A stretch of DNA of 35,745 nt from a virus (lineage: Duplodnaviria; Caudoviricetes), in the IMG/VR virus record IMGVR_UViG_3300031949_000611, positions 1 to 35,745 of that record. One strand, 5' to 3'. Positions within the stretch are counted from its first letter, which is position 1. Every line of letters starts with the position of its first letter. The notes below the pieces were generated by a model. It ran no database searches and was not told where the DNA came from. It saw only the letters and a program-made list of their open reading frames with translations. This document shows positions 17,599 to 26,127 of the stretch, one piece after another. Position numbers and translations under genes: made by a program.

Positions 17599-18257
17599 TT
17601 CTCGATCTCCAAAAGCTCCCGCTCGGTAAAGCGGATGACCGGAAGGCCAAACTTCCTCAAAAGAATCTTGTCGCGTCTAGCATCTTTCTTTGTGTCATGC
17701 CAATACGCCCCGTCTGCTTCAAACGCCAAGTGATAGGGCGGAGGCAGATAATAGTCTACGACGTAGTAGGAGAACTGCTTTTGGAAAACAGCCTCGGGAA
17801 ATTCCCCAAGAAGACTCCCCAGAATCCTCTCAAGCCGAGTCGGGGAATTGATCTTATGTATCCCACAACCACAATTGGGGGGAGGGTTCTCAGCATGAAG
17901 TTTATGGGAGAAGCTCTGGCGAGCCCTCACTTCAGGGGAATTGTGGGCAGCTTTGATACCCAAACGGTTTTTCTCGCTGAGCGGTTTCCCCTTTCTGAAA
18001 AGACTCATCTTCAACCGCGATTCCGGACGATGCTTCCGGCCCGTCATCTTTTCGCGCATTGCCTCTCGTTGCTCTTCTGTCCACTCGTTTGATGGACGAC
18101 CAGTTTTCCAGGTATGGCGGACGGCCTTGAATTTCTCAATAGATTCCTTCCGATGCTTCCGCCCAGTCCAATAAGCACGATTTCTAGCAGCCAATTTTTC
18201 TCGGCGAGGATCATCTGGAGACCACGGTAGTTTCCTCTTATCCGTTCGGGGAGGCAT
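17580..18257 (-). CDS. Free-standing homing endonuclease (NUMOD3-like repeats + Vsr/DUF559 PD-(D/E)xK domain)
   Basis: GRKHRKESIEK / GRKHRPESRLKMS repeats; VDYY...LAFEADGAYWH...DARRDKIL...GLPVIRF; visibly more AT-rich than the flanks. Confidence 0.85.
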   Translation of the reverse strand: MPPRTDKRKLPWSPDDPRREKLAARNRAYWTGRKHRKESIEKFKAVRHTWKTGRPSNEWTEEQREAMREKMTGRKHRPESRLKMSLFRKGKPLSEKNRLGIKAAHNSPEVRARQSFSHKLHAENPPPNCGCGIHKINSPTRLERILGSLLGEFPEAVFQKQFSYYVVDYYLPPPYHLAFEADGAYWHDTKKDARRDKILLRKFGLPVIRFTERELLEIEKCARAP

Positions 18258-18550
18258 CAGCTTCTCCCCAAGTACCGCTCAGCGAACGGCGCTATGCTCA
18301 TCGCAGCAAGGACGACGACAGGCTCAGGTCGCCAAGCCTCCCAGACGACCCAAAGCCCCAGCGCCGTCCAGATGCTCACGCACCAGACGCAGCTCAGGAG
18401 CGACGGCAACAAGCCGGAGACCTCCCCGTTGCTAGGGACGCCGACGAGCTGCCGCAGGCGCTCGAACACGTCACCTGGCCCGTCTTCATGCACGAGCAGG
18501 GACGAGACGCGCCAAGCGGCGAAGCCTACGATAGCAACCTGTTCGATCAC
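18257..18550 (-). CDS. DUF1360-like membrane protein
   Basis: AAWRVSSLLVHEDGPGDVFERLR...LLSCVWCVSIW signature with hydrophobic helices. Confidence 0.75.
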   Translation of the reverse strand: MIEQVAIVGFAAWRVSSLLVHEDGPGDVFERLRQLVGVPSNGEVSGLLPSLLSCVWCVSIWTALGLWVVWEAWRPEPVVVLAAMSIAPFAERYLGRS

Positions 18551-18720
18551 TGCCCGCTATCCATCCGAACAAGGGCAGCAGGAGGATCACTACGATACCA
18601 ATTTCCGTTTGAGTAGTATCGCCACTCCCCCGTCATCACATTTCGAGCGAAGATGCGCCAATCCGTCTTGTTGGAAGTCCACAGCCTTACCATGATCAGA
18701 TTCACCAGTTTACGGAACAT
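18547..18720 (-). CDS. Hypothetical protein (57 aa)
   Basis: ATG 18720 with AAGGAG upstream; GTGA-coupled to the DUF1360-like gene. Confidence 0.55.
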   Translation of the reverse strand: MFRKLVNLIMVRLWTSNKTDWRIFARNVMTGEWRYYSNGNWYRSDPPAALVRMDSGQ

Positions 18721-18732
18721 TATCTCCACTCC

Positions 18733-19059
18733 TTACTCCGCGTCTCCCACAACGAGTTGCGGCGTCGCAGGCATCTGCACCGAGTCAGGCGCGCGCCGGA
18801 AGTCGCGATGGCTATCGAAGAAGTTCAGGTCGCCCTCCAGCACGTACTTGATCCTGTTACGCCCGCCGCCGAACACGTAATAGTGTCCGCTCTGTCCGCG
18901 ATACCGCTTGTTCCCGACAGCCTGACCGATGTACTCGATCAAGATAGCCGACTGTCCCGCCGCGCTCGGCTGATGGCCATTCGCCCCTCCCGAGATAGCC
19001 GCTGGTGGGCTCGGCTGCGCAGACGAACTTCGCCCCGAACATGATCTACAACCAGCCAA
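18733..19059 (-). CDS. Nested in-frame protein (MAGCRSCSG..., 108 aa)
   Basis: AAGGAGG (19067-19073) lies 7 nt before an in-frame TTG at 19059, exactly where the second GT2 domain ends. Confidence 0.55.
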   Translation of the reverse strand: MAGCRSCSGRSSSAQPSPPAAISGGANGHQPSAAGQSAILIEYIGQAVGNKRYRGQSGHYYVFGGGRNRIKYVLEGDLNFFDSHRDFRRAPDSVQMPATPQLVVGDAE

Positions 19060-21501
19060 TGTCTCGCCTCCTTCAAAATACTTGCCCCACTTCTTGAGGA
19101 TGCTCTCCTTGCTTCGCTCGTACTCGGCGTAGTTCTCCTCGCGCCGATAGCCGGTATTCTTTCGATAGACCCAGAGCGGCTGAGGGATCAAGATGCTACA
19201 TACATTCGCCTCGTAGAGCGCGATCTGGAAGTCCCAATCCTCCCACGCAGGCAGCTTCTCGTCGAAGCCGCCTACCTCGTCCCAAGCCGCTCGCTCGTAA
19301 AGCGCCGTTACGGCGTGAAGGCAACCCTTCGTCCGCAAGTGATCCATGAGGCTTTCGGGATGGAACGAGTCCGGCATGAAGATGTTATGCTCACCGTCGG
19401 CTTTGGAGTCGTACCAGGCGCTGTACACGGTCGTCTTCGCTGGCGACTGCTCGCGCACGGAGACGAGCTGGCGCAGCGCGTCGGGCTGCAAGTAATCGTC
19501 CGCGTCAAGAGGGACGAAGTAGCGCGCTCGCGACGCTGCGATACCCAAATTCCGTGCGGAAGCGACTCCGACGGGAGCGTGTTCAAAGTTTCCTCCGGAT
19601 AAACCCCTCTCGTCCAGAACAGCAGTTCCTACTCGATTGTTTGGGGCCTCTATCAAGCGTGCCCACGATGGTACGTAAGGAAGTGCTGCGCCCGTATCAT
19701 TGACGACGATACATTCCCACTGCCGATACGTCTGCGCATCAACACTATCGAGAGCGTCCATGAGAAGGTTCTCATGCCCTGGGCCTACAGGGATGATCAC
19801 AGCGACGCGAGGCGGATCAAGAGACGACACAGGCGCGTTACCTTCAATGGGAGCGCCAGCGGGCCGCGTCTCAGGGTACTCGCCCCAAGGATACCATGAA
19901 CCCCAAGGGATCATCTCGACACCGTGGCTGGTCGAATCCGGTCTGTTCCGGTAGATGAGCGTGTCGGCCTCAGTGACCATGCTCGGACGGAAGCCGTAGC
20001 TCGCAGCACGCAGCCAGAAGTCCGCATCCTCTGCTGTGCGCCAACGCCGCCGATAGCCTCCTGTCAGCTCCCAGACCTCGCGCCTGTACATCGACGAGTA
20101 CAGCATCAGGTTGCGCTGCTGCTCGTGCCAGTCGTAGCGATACGCTATCGGCCAGCCGCTATGCCCGAGCGGGCGATCCTGCGCGAAGTTTGAAGCCTCG
20201 CCGTTCTCCTCAATGAACATGACGTTCCCGTAAGCAATGTGCAGGTCGCGCCGAGCATCAAGGACTCCCGCGAGAATGTTCGTCGCATTCGGCATGAGCA
20301 TGTCGTCTGCATCGAGAGGCAAGATGTAACGCCCACGCGCCATGCGCAAGCCAACGTTGTACGCCTCGCTCAAGTAGACGTTCTTCTCGTTGTGTGTGAC
20401 CTTGAAGCGCGGGTCATCGGCGAACTTATCAGCGATCTCACCGGAGCGATCTGTGCTCGCATCGTCAACGATGATGCACTCCCAATCGTCGTCTTCGAGC
20501 CCCTGTACGCTCTTGAGCGCGTCGGGCAGATACTGTTCAAGATTGAAGACACGCACGATGATCGACGTTCGCGGGCCAGCGCTGCGCTCGCGATGCGTCT
20601 CCAGCCCTCGTGAGAGCACGCTTACGTAGTCTTGCATGACGCGCTCAGCGTCATAGCGCGCTACGACGCGATATCCCTGCTCAGCAACGTCTGAGCGATT
20701 CTCCGTCGCCCAAGCAATGCCCTCGGCAAGACTGTCGATGTCACCAGGCTTCGAGAGCCAGGCGCTCTCGCCGTCCTTGAGGAACTCGCGCTGCCCACCC
20801 CAGTCCCAACCCACGACAGGGACGCCGGAGGCGAGCGCTTCAAGCGTCCCGACACCGAAGGTCTCGCGTGTCGTACAGAGATAGACGCCTGCGCGTTCGA
20901 CGAGCACCTTTGACTCTTCAAACGAGAGACGGCCCGTCACGCGGACGTTCTCTGGAACGGGCTCGCCTTGCGGCCAGAACGTCGTCACGAATTGCTGCTC
21001 AGGCATCATCTCGGCGAGCTGCTGCACAGGCTTAGGATCGCACACAGGGTCGGGACGCGTCTTGTTCCAGAGGATGTAGCCTTCACTCTCGCGCGCCCGC
21101 CACTCGTCAAGGTCGATACCGTGCGGCACAACATCAACGCGGCGCAGCGTGTGACGGCGTATCGCCTGTGCAACCCACTCTGAGTGCGCTATCACACCGT
21201 CGGCGCAACGGATAGTCTCAAGGACGCCTGCGTTCGCCTTAAGCGCCCAATCAGGCCACTCGTACTCAGCCCAATAGAGTCCGTGGCAGTCGGCGATGAT
21301 GGGCTTGTCCGCGTGCTTGTTGAAGAACGCGGGCTGCTCCAGGATATGAACAACGATCAGGTCAGCCTCGTCGGCATCGTCCACGATCTCGACGCCCAGG
21401 CGCGGCAGCCATTTACGCTGCGCATCGACGGCGCGGCGGACGCCCCCATCGCCGGAGTCTTCGCCCCTGAAGAAGGGGGTGATGTATATCTTGAAACTCA
21501 T
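18733..21501 (-). CDS. Triple glycosyltransferase GT4-GT2-GT2 plus C-terminal 108-aa Cys-motif domain
   Basis: GT4/GT-B: ETFGVGTLEALASGVPVVG. First GT2: IIVDDASTD, LPLDADD, EDADFW. Second GT2: VIIPVGPGH, VPLDADD, GGFDE...WEDWDF. Start at ATG 21501 (ATGA overlap). No TM helix is evident. Confidence 0.92.
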   Translation of the reverse strand: MSFKIYITPFFRGEDSGDGGVRRAVDAQRKWLPRLGVEIVDDADEADLIVVHILEQPAFFNKHADKPIIADCHGLYWAEYEWPDWALKANAGVLETIRCADGVIAHSEWVAQAIRRHTLRRVDVVPHGIDLDEWRARESEGYILWNKTRPDPVCDPKPVQQLAEMMPEQQFVTTFWPQGEPVPENVRVTGRLSFEESKVLVERAGVYLCTTRETFGVGTLEALASGVPVVGWDWGGQREFLKDGESAWLSKPGDIDSLAEGIAWATENRSDVAEQGYRVVARYDAERVMQDYVSVLSRGLETHRERSAGPRTSIIVRVFNLEQYLPDALKSVQGLEDDDWECIIVDDASTDRSGEIADKFADDPRFKVTHNEKNVYLSEAYNVGLRMARGRYILPLDADDMLMPNATNILAGVLDARRDLHIAYGNVMFIEENGEASNFAQDRPLGHSGWPIAYRYDWHEQQRNLMLYSSMYRREVWELTGGYRRRWRTAEDADFWLRAASYGFRPSMVTEADTLIYRNRPDSTSHGVEMIPWGSWYPWGEYPETRPAGAPIEGNAPVSSLDPPRVAVIIPVGPGHENLLMDALDSVDAQTYRQWECIVVNDTGAALPYVPSWARLIEAPNNRVGTAVLDERGLSGGNFEHAPVGVASARNLGIAASRARYFVPLDADDYLQPDALRQLVSVREQSPAKTTVYSAWYDSKADGEHNIFMPDSFHPESLMDHLRTKGCLHAVTALYERAAWDEVGGFDEKLPAWEDWDFQIALYEANVCSILIPQPLWVYRKNTGYRREENYAEYERSKESILKKWGKYFEGGETLAGCRSCSGRSSSAQPSPPAAISGGANGHQPSAAGQSAILIEYIGQAVGNKRYRGQSGHYYVFGGGRNRIKYVLEGDLNFFDSHRDFRRAPDSVQMPATPQLVVGDAE

Positions 21502-21620
21502 GAACAATGAACCTCTACTCTATCCGTAAAGAATACGCGACGGCAGTGCAAGCAGCTCGCGATCCCCGCCGCGAGACAGAACTCTTCGTGCGCCGGATGC
21601 GACGAATGCTTGACGTTCAC
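21498..21620 (-). CDS. 40-aa His/Cys-rich mini-protein (not in ORF track)
   Basis: MNVKHSSHPAHEEFCLAAGIASCLHCRRVFFTDRVEVHCS; GTGA overlap with the upstream stop and ATGA overlap with the downstream start. Confidence 0.65.
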   Translation of the reverse strand: MNVKHSSHPAHEEFCLAAGIASCLHCRRVFFTDRVEVHCS

Positions 21621-22324
21621 GCCATCACCCCTTCGAGCACAGCGAGCGGCGCATCCTTGACTACTCGCGTCCCAATATGAGCGAACGCATCCCCTCGCGG
21701 AGCAATAAGATCAATGGGCCAGGCTATCCCCTCGCGCGCTTCCCGACGATGCGCTACCTCGAACTCCGTCTCGCCCGCGTGTAAGCCTTCGGGCCACAGG
21801 CCGACGTTGACTTCGAAGGAGCGTGTCTCCAAGCGCGGCCCGCCGGAGAAGACATGCGGCTCAGGAGAATCGGGGTCGAGCTTCAAATAATGGTGCCCAT
21901 GCCGATACGCAAACTCCCCGCGCAGCTGCTGCGTGTACCCGATGTACCCCATCCGAATGCAGCCGATGTCTCCGTCCTGAAGCGTCTCGATCATGGGGCC
22001 GATGTCGAGCGGGCGCTGAAGCTCCCAGTCATCTTCGAGCGGGAGCAGAATGTCAGCGATGCTGTGCGTGACCATCGTTGAAGCGTTGTAACTCGCACCG
22101 TACCCGCGTCTGGCTGTCGTACTAAGGCTCACCTGGTCTTCGCCGAACAAGCTGTGCGCAAGGCTGAGAAGCTCAACGACGTACTCATCCGGATCACCGT
22201 CGCTGGCGATGTGGCACCAGATAGGCCAGGGCGAGACAAGATACTTCGCTGCTGCAGCGAGCGTCCGCTTCGCGTAGTCGAGCCGATCGTATGTAAAGAG
22301 CGTAAGGCCGACCACGTCTCTCAT
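21617..22324 (-). CDS. GT-A fold (GT2-like) glycosyltransferase
   Basis: LFTYDRLDY, HIASDGD, RRGYGASYN, LEDDW, FAHIG; start at ATG 22324 (ATGA overlap). Confidence 0.85.
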   Translation of the reverse strand: MRDVVGLTLFTYDRLDYAKRTLAAAAKYLVSPWPIWCHIASDGDPDEYVVELLSLAHSLFGEDQVSLSTTARRGYGASYNASTMVTHSIADILLPLEDDWELQRPLDIGPMIETLQDGDIGCIRMGYIGYTQQLRGEFAYRHGHHYLKLDPDSPEPHVFSGGPRLETRSFEVNVGLWPEGLHAGETEFEVAHRREAREGIAWPIDLIAPRGDAFAHIGTRVVKDAPLAVLEGVMA

Positions 22325-23082
22325 GGCATCATCCCCCAAGGTGTCACGCATGGCACGGTCAACACTTCAAGCGTCGGATGGAACTCAGCAGGTGCGGAGA
22401 GCGGGCGGATGCGGACGTTGTTCACGTTACTTACAGCCTGCCCCAAAGCGAGAAACGTCGGAGGCGAACCATCTGCCTGTCCGGTGAGGCTGACAACATA
22501 CTGCGTCAATCCCTGACGCTCGACGAACGCCGGACGACATGGAAACAGAAGTGTACCTCCAAGGACAAGACTTGTTGCAGGAAGCAGGCCGTCCAACCCA
22601 GGGGGCGAAACATTCGGGTTGATCTCGCTATAGTCGTTCTGTGTCGGATCACCTGGGCTAAAGGGCGGGATAGAATCGACGAACGCGACCGTCAATGCTG
22701 ACCCCCATACAAAGAAATCATTTGCAATAGAAAGCCCATCCTGCAAGATCGTTCGACCGTTCCCAGTTCCGAGAGTAGGATGAACATACAAACGCAACTG
22801 TGCCTGAATTATTCGACGGTTCAACCCGATGCTGCTCGTGTCGAACGTCAAGTAATACGCACGGTAGCGTGCCTCGAAAAACAGCTTGATCTGGCGCGAT
22901 ATGTGAATCCCGGCATCAGATGAAGGATCACTAGAAAACGGAGCAAGAGGGGGCCAGTTACCTGGATCAGTTCCGTCGACTAAGAACCATCCTCCAACCG
23001 CATCGTCAGTCGCAACGAACGTATGCCGCTCGATGCCGCGCCCCCACGCGCCGGTCGGAATCTCCAGCGTGGGCGTCGTCAC
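22321..23082 (-). CDS. Hypothetical protein with DNRLRE-like beta-sandwich
   Basis: RAYYLTFDTSSI...IIQAQLRLYV...HPTLEV resembles DNRLRE-type domains; coupled on both sides; somewhat lower GC by eye. Confidence 0.5.
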   Translation of the reverse strand: MTTPTLEIPTGAWGRGIERHTFVATDDAVGGWFLVDGTDPGNWPPLAPFSSDPSSDAGIHISRQIKLFFEARYRAYYLTFDTSSIGLNRRIIQAQLRLYVHPTLGTGNGRTILQDGLSIANDFFVWGSALTVAFVDSIPPFSPGDPTQNDYSEINPNVSPPGLDGLLPATSLVLGGTLLFPCRPAFVERQGLTQYVVSLTGQADGSPPTFLALGQAVSNVNNVRIRPLSAPAEFHPTLEVLTVPCVTPWGMMP

Positions 23083-23777
23083 GCTCGCACCTCCGCCGCA
23101 GGCTCAACGTCCGCAAGCTCGATGTCGCTGATGTGCCGCCACGAGTGGAGGAGCGCGAGAGCGATATCGGGACCAGGTTGCTGCGCGAACCTCTCGTTAT
23201 ACAGGCGTTCACACTCGAAGGCGTTGACGCGTTCGGCGAACGGACCGTAGGCGTCGAGGAACCGCTTGTGATAGAGAGCGGGCCGGTGCGCGAACGCGAA
23301 GTGATGCCGGTCGAGACGAAGGTAATACTCGCCCGTCTCGGAGACGTATTTGACCTGGCCTGTCAGGTCGGGGTGCGCAATGCCGAGGCGCACCATGCCG
23401 ATGGATTCGTCCGCGAGGAGCAGGCGTACCCAAGGCGTGATGTCGAGAGGCTGCGTCAATTTCCAATCGTCTACGATGTAGAGGGCGAGCGCGCTTCTCA
23501 GGAACGCTTGCTTGAACCCAGCATTCAATGACGCTCCGACACCCCGCCGCTCCTGATACGACTTCGACCAGCTATCCCTTCCCCACATGTTGCCTAACGT
23601 CTCACAAAGGACTTCACCACCGATGGAACCATCGTCCGCAATGTGCAACCGCAGTTCTCCTTCGTATTTGCAGTTTCGAGACCAAGACGAAATAGCCTCT
23701 ACCGCACTGGAGAACCGTTCCTTCGCATGTTCTTCAGGGAACCAGGTCGTCGTTACGATAGTTACGTCAGGAAGCAT
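23079..23777 (-). CDS. GT-A fold (GT2-like) glycosyltransferase, paralog of 21617-22324
   Basis: VTIVTTTW, HIADDGS, RRGVGASLN, VDDW, WRHI. Confidence 0.85.
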   Translation of the reverse strand: MLPDVTIVTTTWFPEEHAKERFSSAVEAISSWSRNCKYEGELRLHIADDGSIGGEVLCETLGNMWGRDSWSKSYQERRGVGASLNAGFKQAFLRSALALYIVDDWKLTQPLDITPWVRLLLADESIGMVRLGIAHPDLTGQVKYVSETGEYYLRLDRHHFAFAHRPALYHKRFLDAYGPFAERVNAFECERLYNERFAQQPGPDIALALLHSWRHISDIELADVEPAAEVRA

Positions 23778-24438
23778 CGCTGCGCCCTCGCTTCGCTGCG
23801 GAGCGCAGCTTAGTACGCTCGGCGCGCTTCGCAGGCTTCGCCCTCATACTCGGGAACTCTTCAGGCGGCTCTTCAGCCTTCTCACGCGGTACACGCCCGC
23901 GCCAGCCAAGCCCGCGCGCTGCGCCTTGAACGATGAGTCCTTCCGCTTCGAGCGCATCAGCAGTCTGCTTAGGCTCGACGACGGCATCTTGGTCGATGCC
24001 GAACTTGCGCGGGTCGCCGTAGTCGTGCATCCAGATGATGCCGCCCTGCTTGAGCTTGGGCAGCCAGGCACGCGCTATCGCCTCGACACCGTATGAAATA
24101 TCAATGAGGAGCAGGTCAAGTTCGCCGTCGGGAACTTCTGATGCGAGCGCGACGGCGTCCCCAAGTATCGCCCGATGGTCGCCTGTGCGCCCGATGTTCG
24201 CGACAGCTTGCTGCATCCACGACAGCTCGACCTCGTTGTTGTCGATGCTGACGATGCGCACCGTCCCAGGCTCGCGCTCGGCGAACACTGCGAGCGCCGT
24301 CGTCCCCGCACCCGCGCCTATGTCGGCTACGAGGGCGTTGTCTTTAGGCAAGTGCTTCGCGAGGCGACGTATGCAGTTCACGTCTTGCTCCGTCAGGAAG
24401 CCGCGCGATTCGGCGAGTGCGTGTGCGTGACACGTCAT
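23767..24438 (-). CDS. Class I SAM-dependent methyltransferase (Methyltransf_24-like, probably sugar O-methyltransferase)
   Basis: DIGAGAGTT motif I, DLLLID, WLPKLKQGGIIWMHDY; start at ATG 24438 (TGATG overlap). Confidence 0.85.
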   Translation of the reverse strand: MTCHAHALAESRGFLTEQDVNCIRRLAKHLPKDNALVADIGAGAGTTALAVFAEREPGTVRIVSIDNNEVELSWMQQAVANIGRTGDHRAILGDAVALASEVPDGELDLLLIDISYGVEAIARAWLPKLKQGGIIWMHDYGDPRKFGIDQDAVVEPKQTADALEAEGLIVQGAARGLGWRGRVPREKAEEPPEEFPSMRAKPAKRAERTKLRSAAKRGRSDAS

Positions 24439-25088
24439 CAGATCACCTGCTCTGCGGGCGCGCAAGCCTCGCCATGGTTCTTCAGGAGCCAGTCAACATG
24501 CGCCTCGGCCATCGAGAACTCGCCGTCGTCACCCCAGCCCTCGCCCCACGAGTTCACAAACTGAAACTGCTCACCGCTGTAGCCGACACAGAGATAGGCG
24601 TGACCTCCGACAAGTTCACCTGACGGAACGACGAGGCCGTCTGTTGGTGTAAACATGCCGTCGAACCATGCCGTACCTAGGACAGCGGGGCCGCGCCGGA
24701 GAATCCAGTTCTTCAGAGACGCGGCATCGAAGCACCAGACGTACTCGGCGAGGAAGCCGAGCCCTTGCAAGAACTTCGCGCCCGCTCGGACGCTCGTGCC
24801 TTCGTAGGCTTCGCCAGGCCACTCGTCGTGCTGCTGCGCCCACTCGTAGACAAATGCCTCGCTCATGCGCCGTCCCTGCCGGTAGGGGCTCGCTTGGAGC
24901 AGCCCCTTCCAGGCGTAGGCGACACACTGCGGCGTCTGCCCTTGATCGAGGACGACACCAGGCCTCCATATCTGCGCCGTGCGCGGTGCGGCAGTCACAG
25001 AGGTAAACGCCTTGCTCGACATGAGATGACCGAGGTCGCGTTCGTCGCCCCAACTCCATCTACCAAGACCGTATGGGAAATCAGGCAT
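24438..25088 (-). CDS. Papain-like (C1) cysteine peptidase
   Basis: LDQGQTPQCVAYA (oxyanion Gln and catalytic Cys), GGHAYLCVGY (His), FVNSWGEGWG (Asn). Confidence 0.9.
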   Translation of the reverse strand: MPDFPYGLGRWSWGDERDLGHLMSSKAFTSVTAAPRTAQIWRPGVVLDQGQTPQCVAYAWKGLLQASPYRQGRRMSEAFVYEWAQQHDEWPGEAYEGTSVRAGAKFLQGLGFLAEYVWCFDAASLKNWILRRGPAVLGTAWFDGMFTPTDGLVVPSGELVGGHAYLCVGYSGEQFQFVNSWGEGWGDDGEFSMAEAHVDWLLKNHGEACAPAEQVI

Positions 25089-25833
25089 CTATACTCACTC
25101 CTTCCGATACTTCCTGTTTCTGAACTCCTTCGGGCCGTTCACCGTCTTTTCGCTGCAAGCGACTCCAACGCGGCTCGTGCCAGAGCTGCGTCATGAGATC
25201 GCGCGTTCCGAGAATCACTCCCTGCCACGGCCCGCGTCCTGCTGTGTCTGTGTCGTCGTGAACGCGGTACCAGTAGAGCGGTTTGCCATCCCCGACCATG
25301 ACGTAGCGGCCCGCGTCGGGGTTCTTCATCATGATCGAGATGAGCGCAGCGTCAGGCGCTCCGGTCGATGCCTCAATGGGGAACCCACCGCAGCGTCGCC
25401 AGAGCGCTTTCGTCACCATCGCAGCATTGCAAGGTGCGTTCTGGTCTTCGCGCTCGTCGCTGTACTGCACTGGCACAGAGAAGTACGTGTGGTCGCGCCC
25501 TGCGACATGCTTGTAAGCGCGGATGCACTGCGAGATGCATGTCGGCAAGAGCCTGTCGTCGCTGCCGAGCATGAACACGAGTTCATGCGCAGCGAGCGCG
25601 ACGCCGATGTTGAACGCCGTCGCTACGCCCAAGTGCCAAGGTGCGTGCCATGTCGTTACTCCTGATCGATACGGCATTCCCTGCATGTCGTCGATCAGGA
25701 GAATCTGGCCAACGGGGTACGTCTGTTCGCGCACACTCGCGATGGCTTCGTCGAGCCAGCGGACGTGCTGCGGCTCGGGGCCGACAGGGATAACGACCGT
25801 GACGCCTGGGCGCTCTTCGTGCTGCGTTGTCAC
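25081..25833 (-). CDS. GT2 glycosyltransferase
   Basis: VTVVIPVGP, AIASVREQT, LLIDD, GVATAFNIG, LGSDD, LYWYRVH. Confidence 0.88.
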   Translation of the reverse strand: MTTQHEERPGVTVVIPVGPEPQHVRWLDEAIASVREQTYPVGQILLIDDMQGMPYRSGVTTWHAPWHLGVATAFNIGVALAAHELVFMLGSDDRLLPTCISQCIRAYKHVAGRDHTYFSVPVQYSDEREDQNAPCNAAMVTKALWRRCGGFPIEASTGAPDAALISIMMKNPDAGRYVMVGDGKPLYWYRVHDDTDTAGRGPWQGVILGTRDLMTQLWHEPRWSRLQRKDGERPEGVQKQEVSEGVSIDA

Positions 25834-26003
25834 GTTAGGAGCCTCATCCAGAACGTGTTACGCCCCTGTTCGATACTCTTGCGGATCGCCTTAATGCGCT
25901 GTCGCGCGACGAACTTGTACGGCCAGAGCCACCACGGCAACGCATCGACGCGCAGCGCGAGCTTGTCGATAGCCTCACCGAACGTCTCTTCTGGTTCAAA
26001 CAC
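25830..26003 (-). CDS. Hypothetical protein (~57 aa)
   Basis: Start moved to GTG 26003, overlapping the upstream mini-ORF stop; GTGA-coupled to the GT2. The start is uncertain. Confidence 0.5.
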   Translation of the reverse strand: MFEPEETFGEAIDKLALRVDALPWWLWPYKFVARQRIKAIRKSIEQGRNTFWMRLLT

Positions 26004-26127
26004 GATACTTCTTCGCATCCTCGTACAGCGTTCCTCGCAGGCACCAAGGACAGCGAGCTGCACCGCCCTTCGTAGGCTTGTCTGCACCCGTCAATGTGAA
26101 GTTACAAGTATTGCAGATCAGCTTCAC
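25996..26127 (-). CDS. 43-aa zinc-ribbon mini-protein (not in ORF track)
   Basis: MKLICNTCNFTLTGADKPTKGGAARCPWCLRGTLYEDAKKYRV; CxxC...CPxC; GTGA overlap with the reductase stop and AGGAGG upstream. Confidence 0.72.
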   Translation of the reverse strand: MKLICNTCNFTLTGADKPTKGGAARCPWCLRGTLYEDAKKYRV

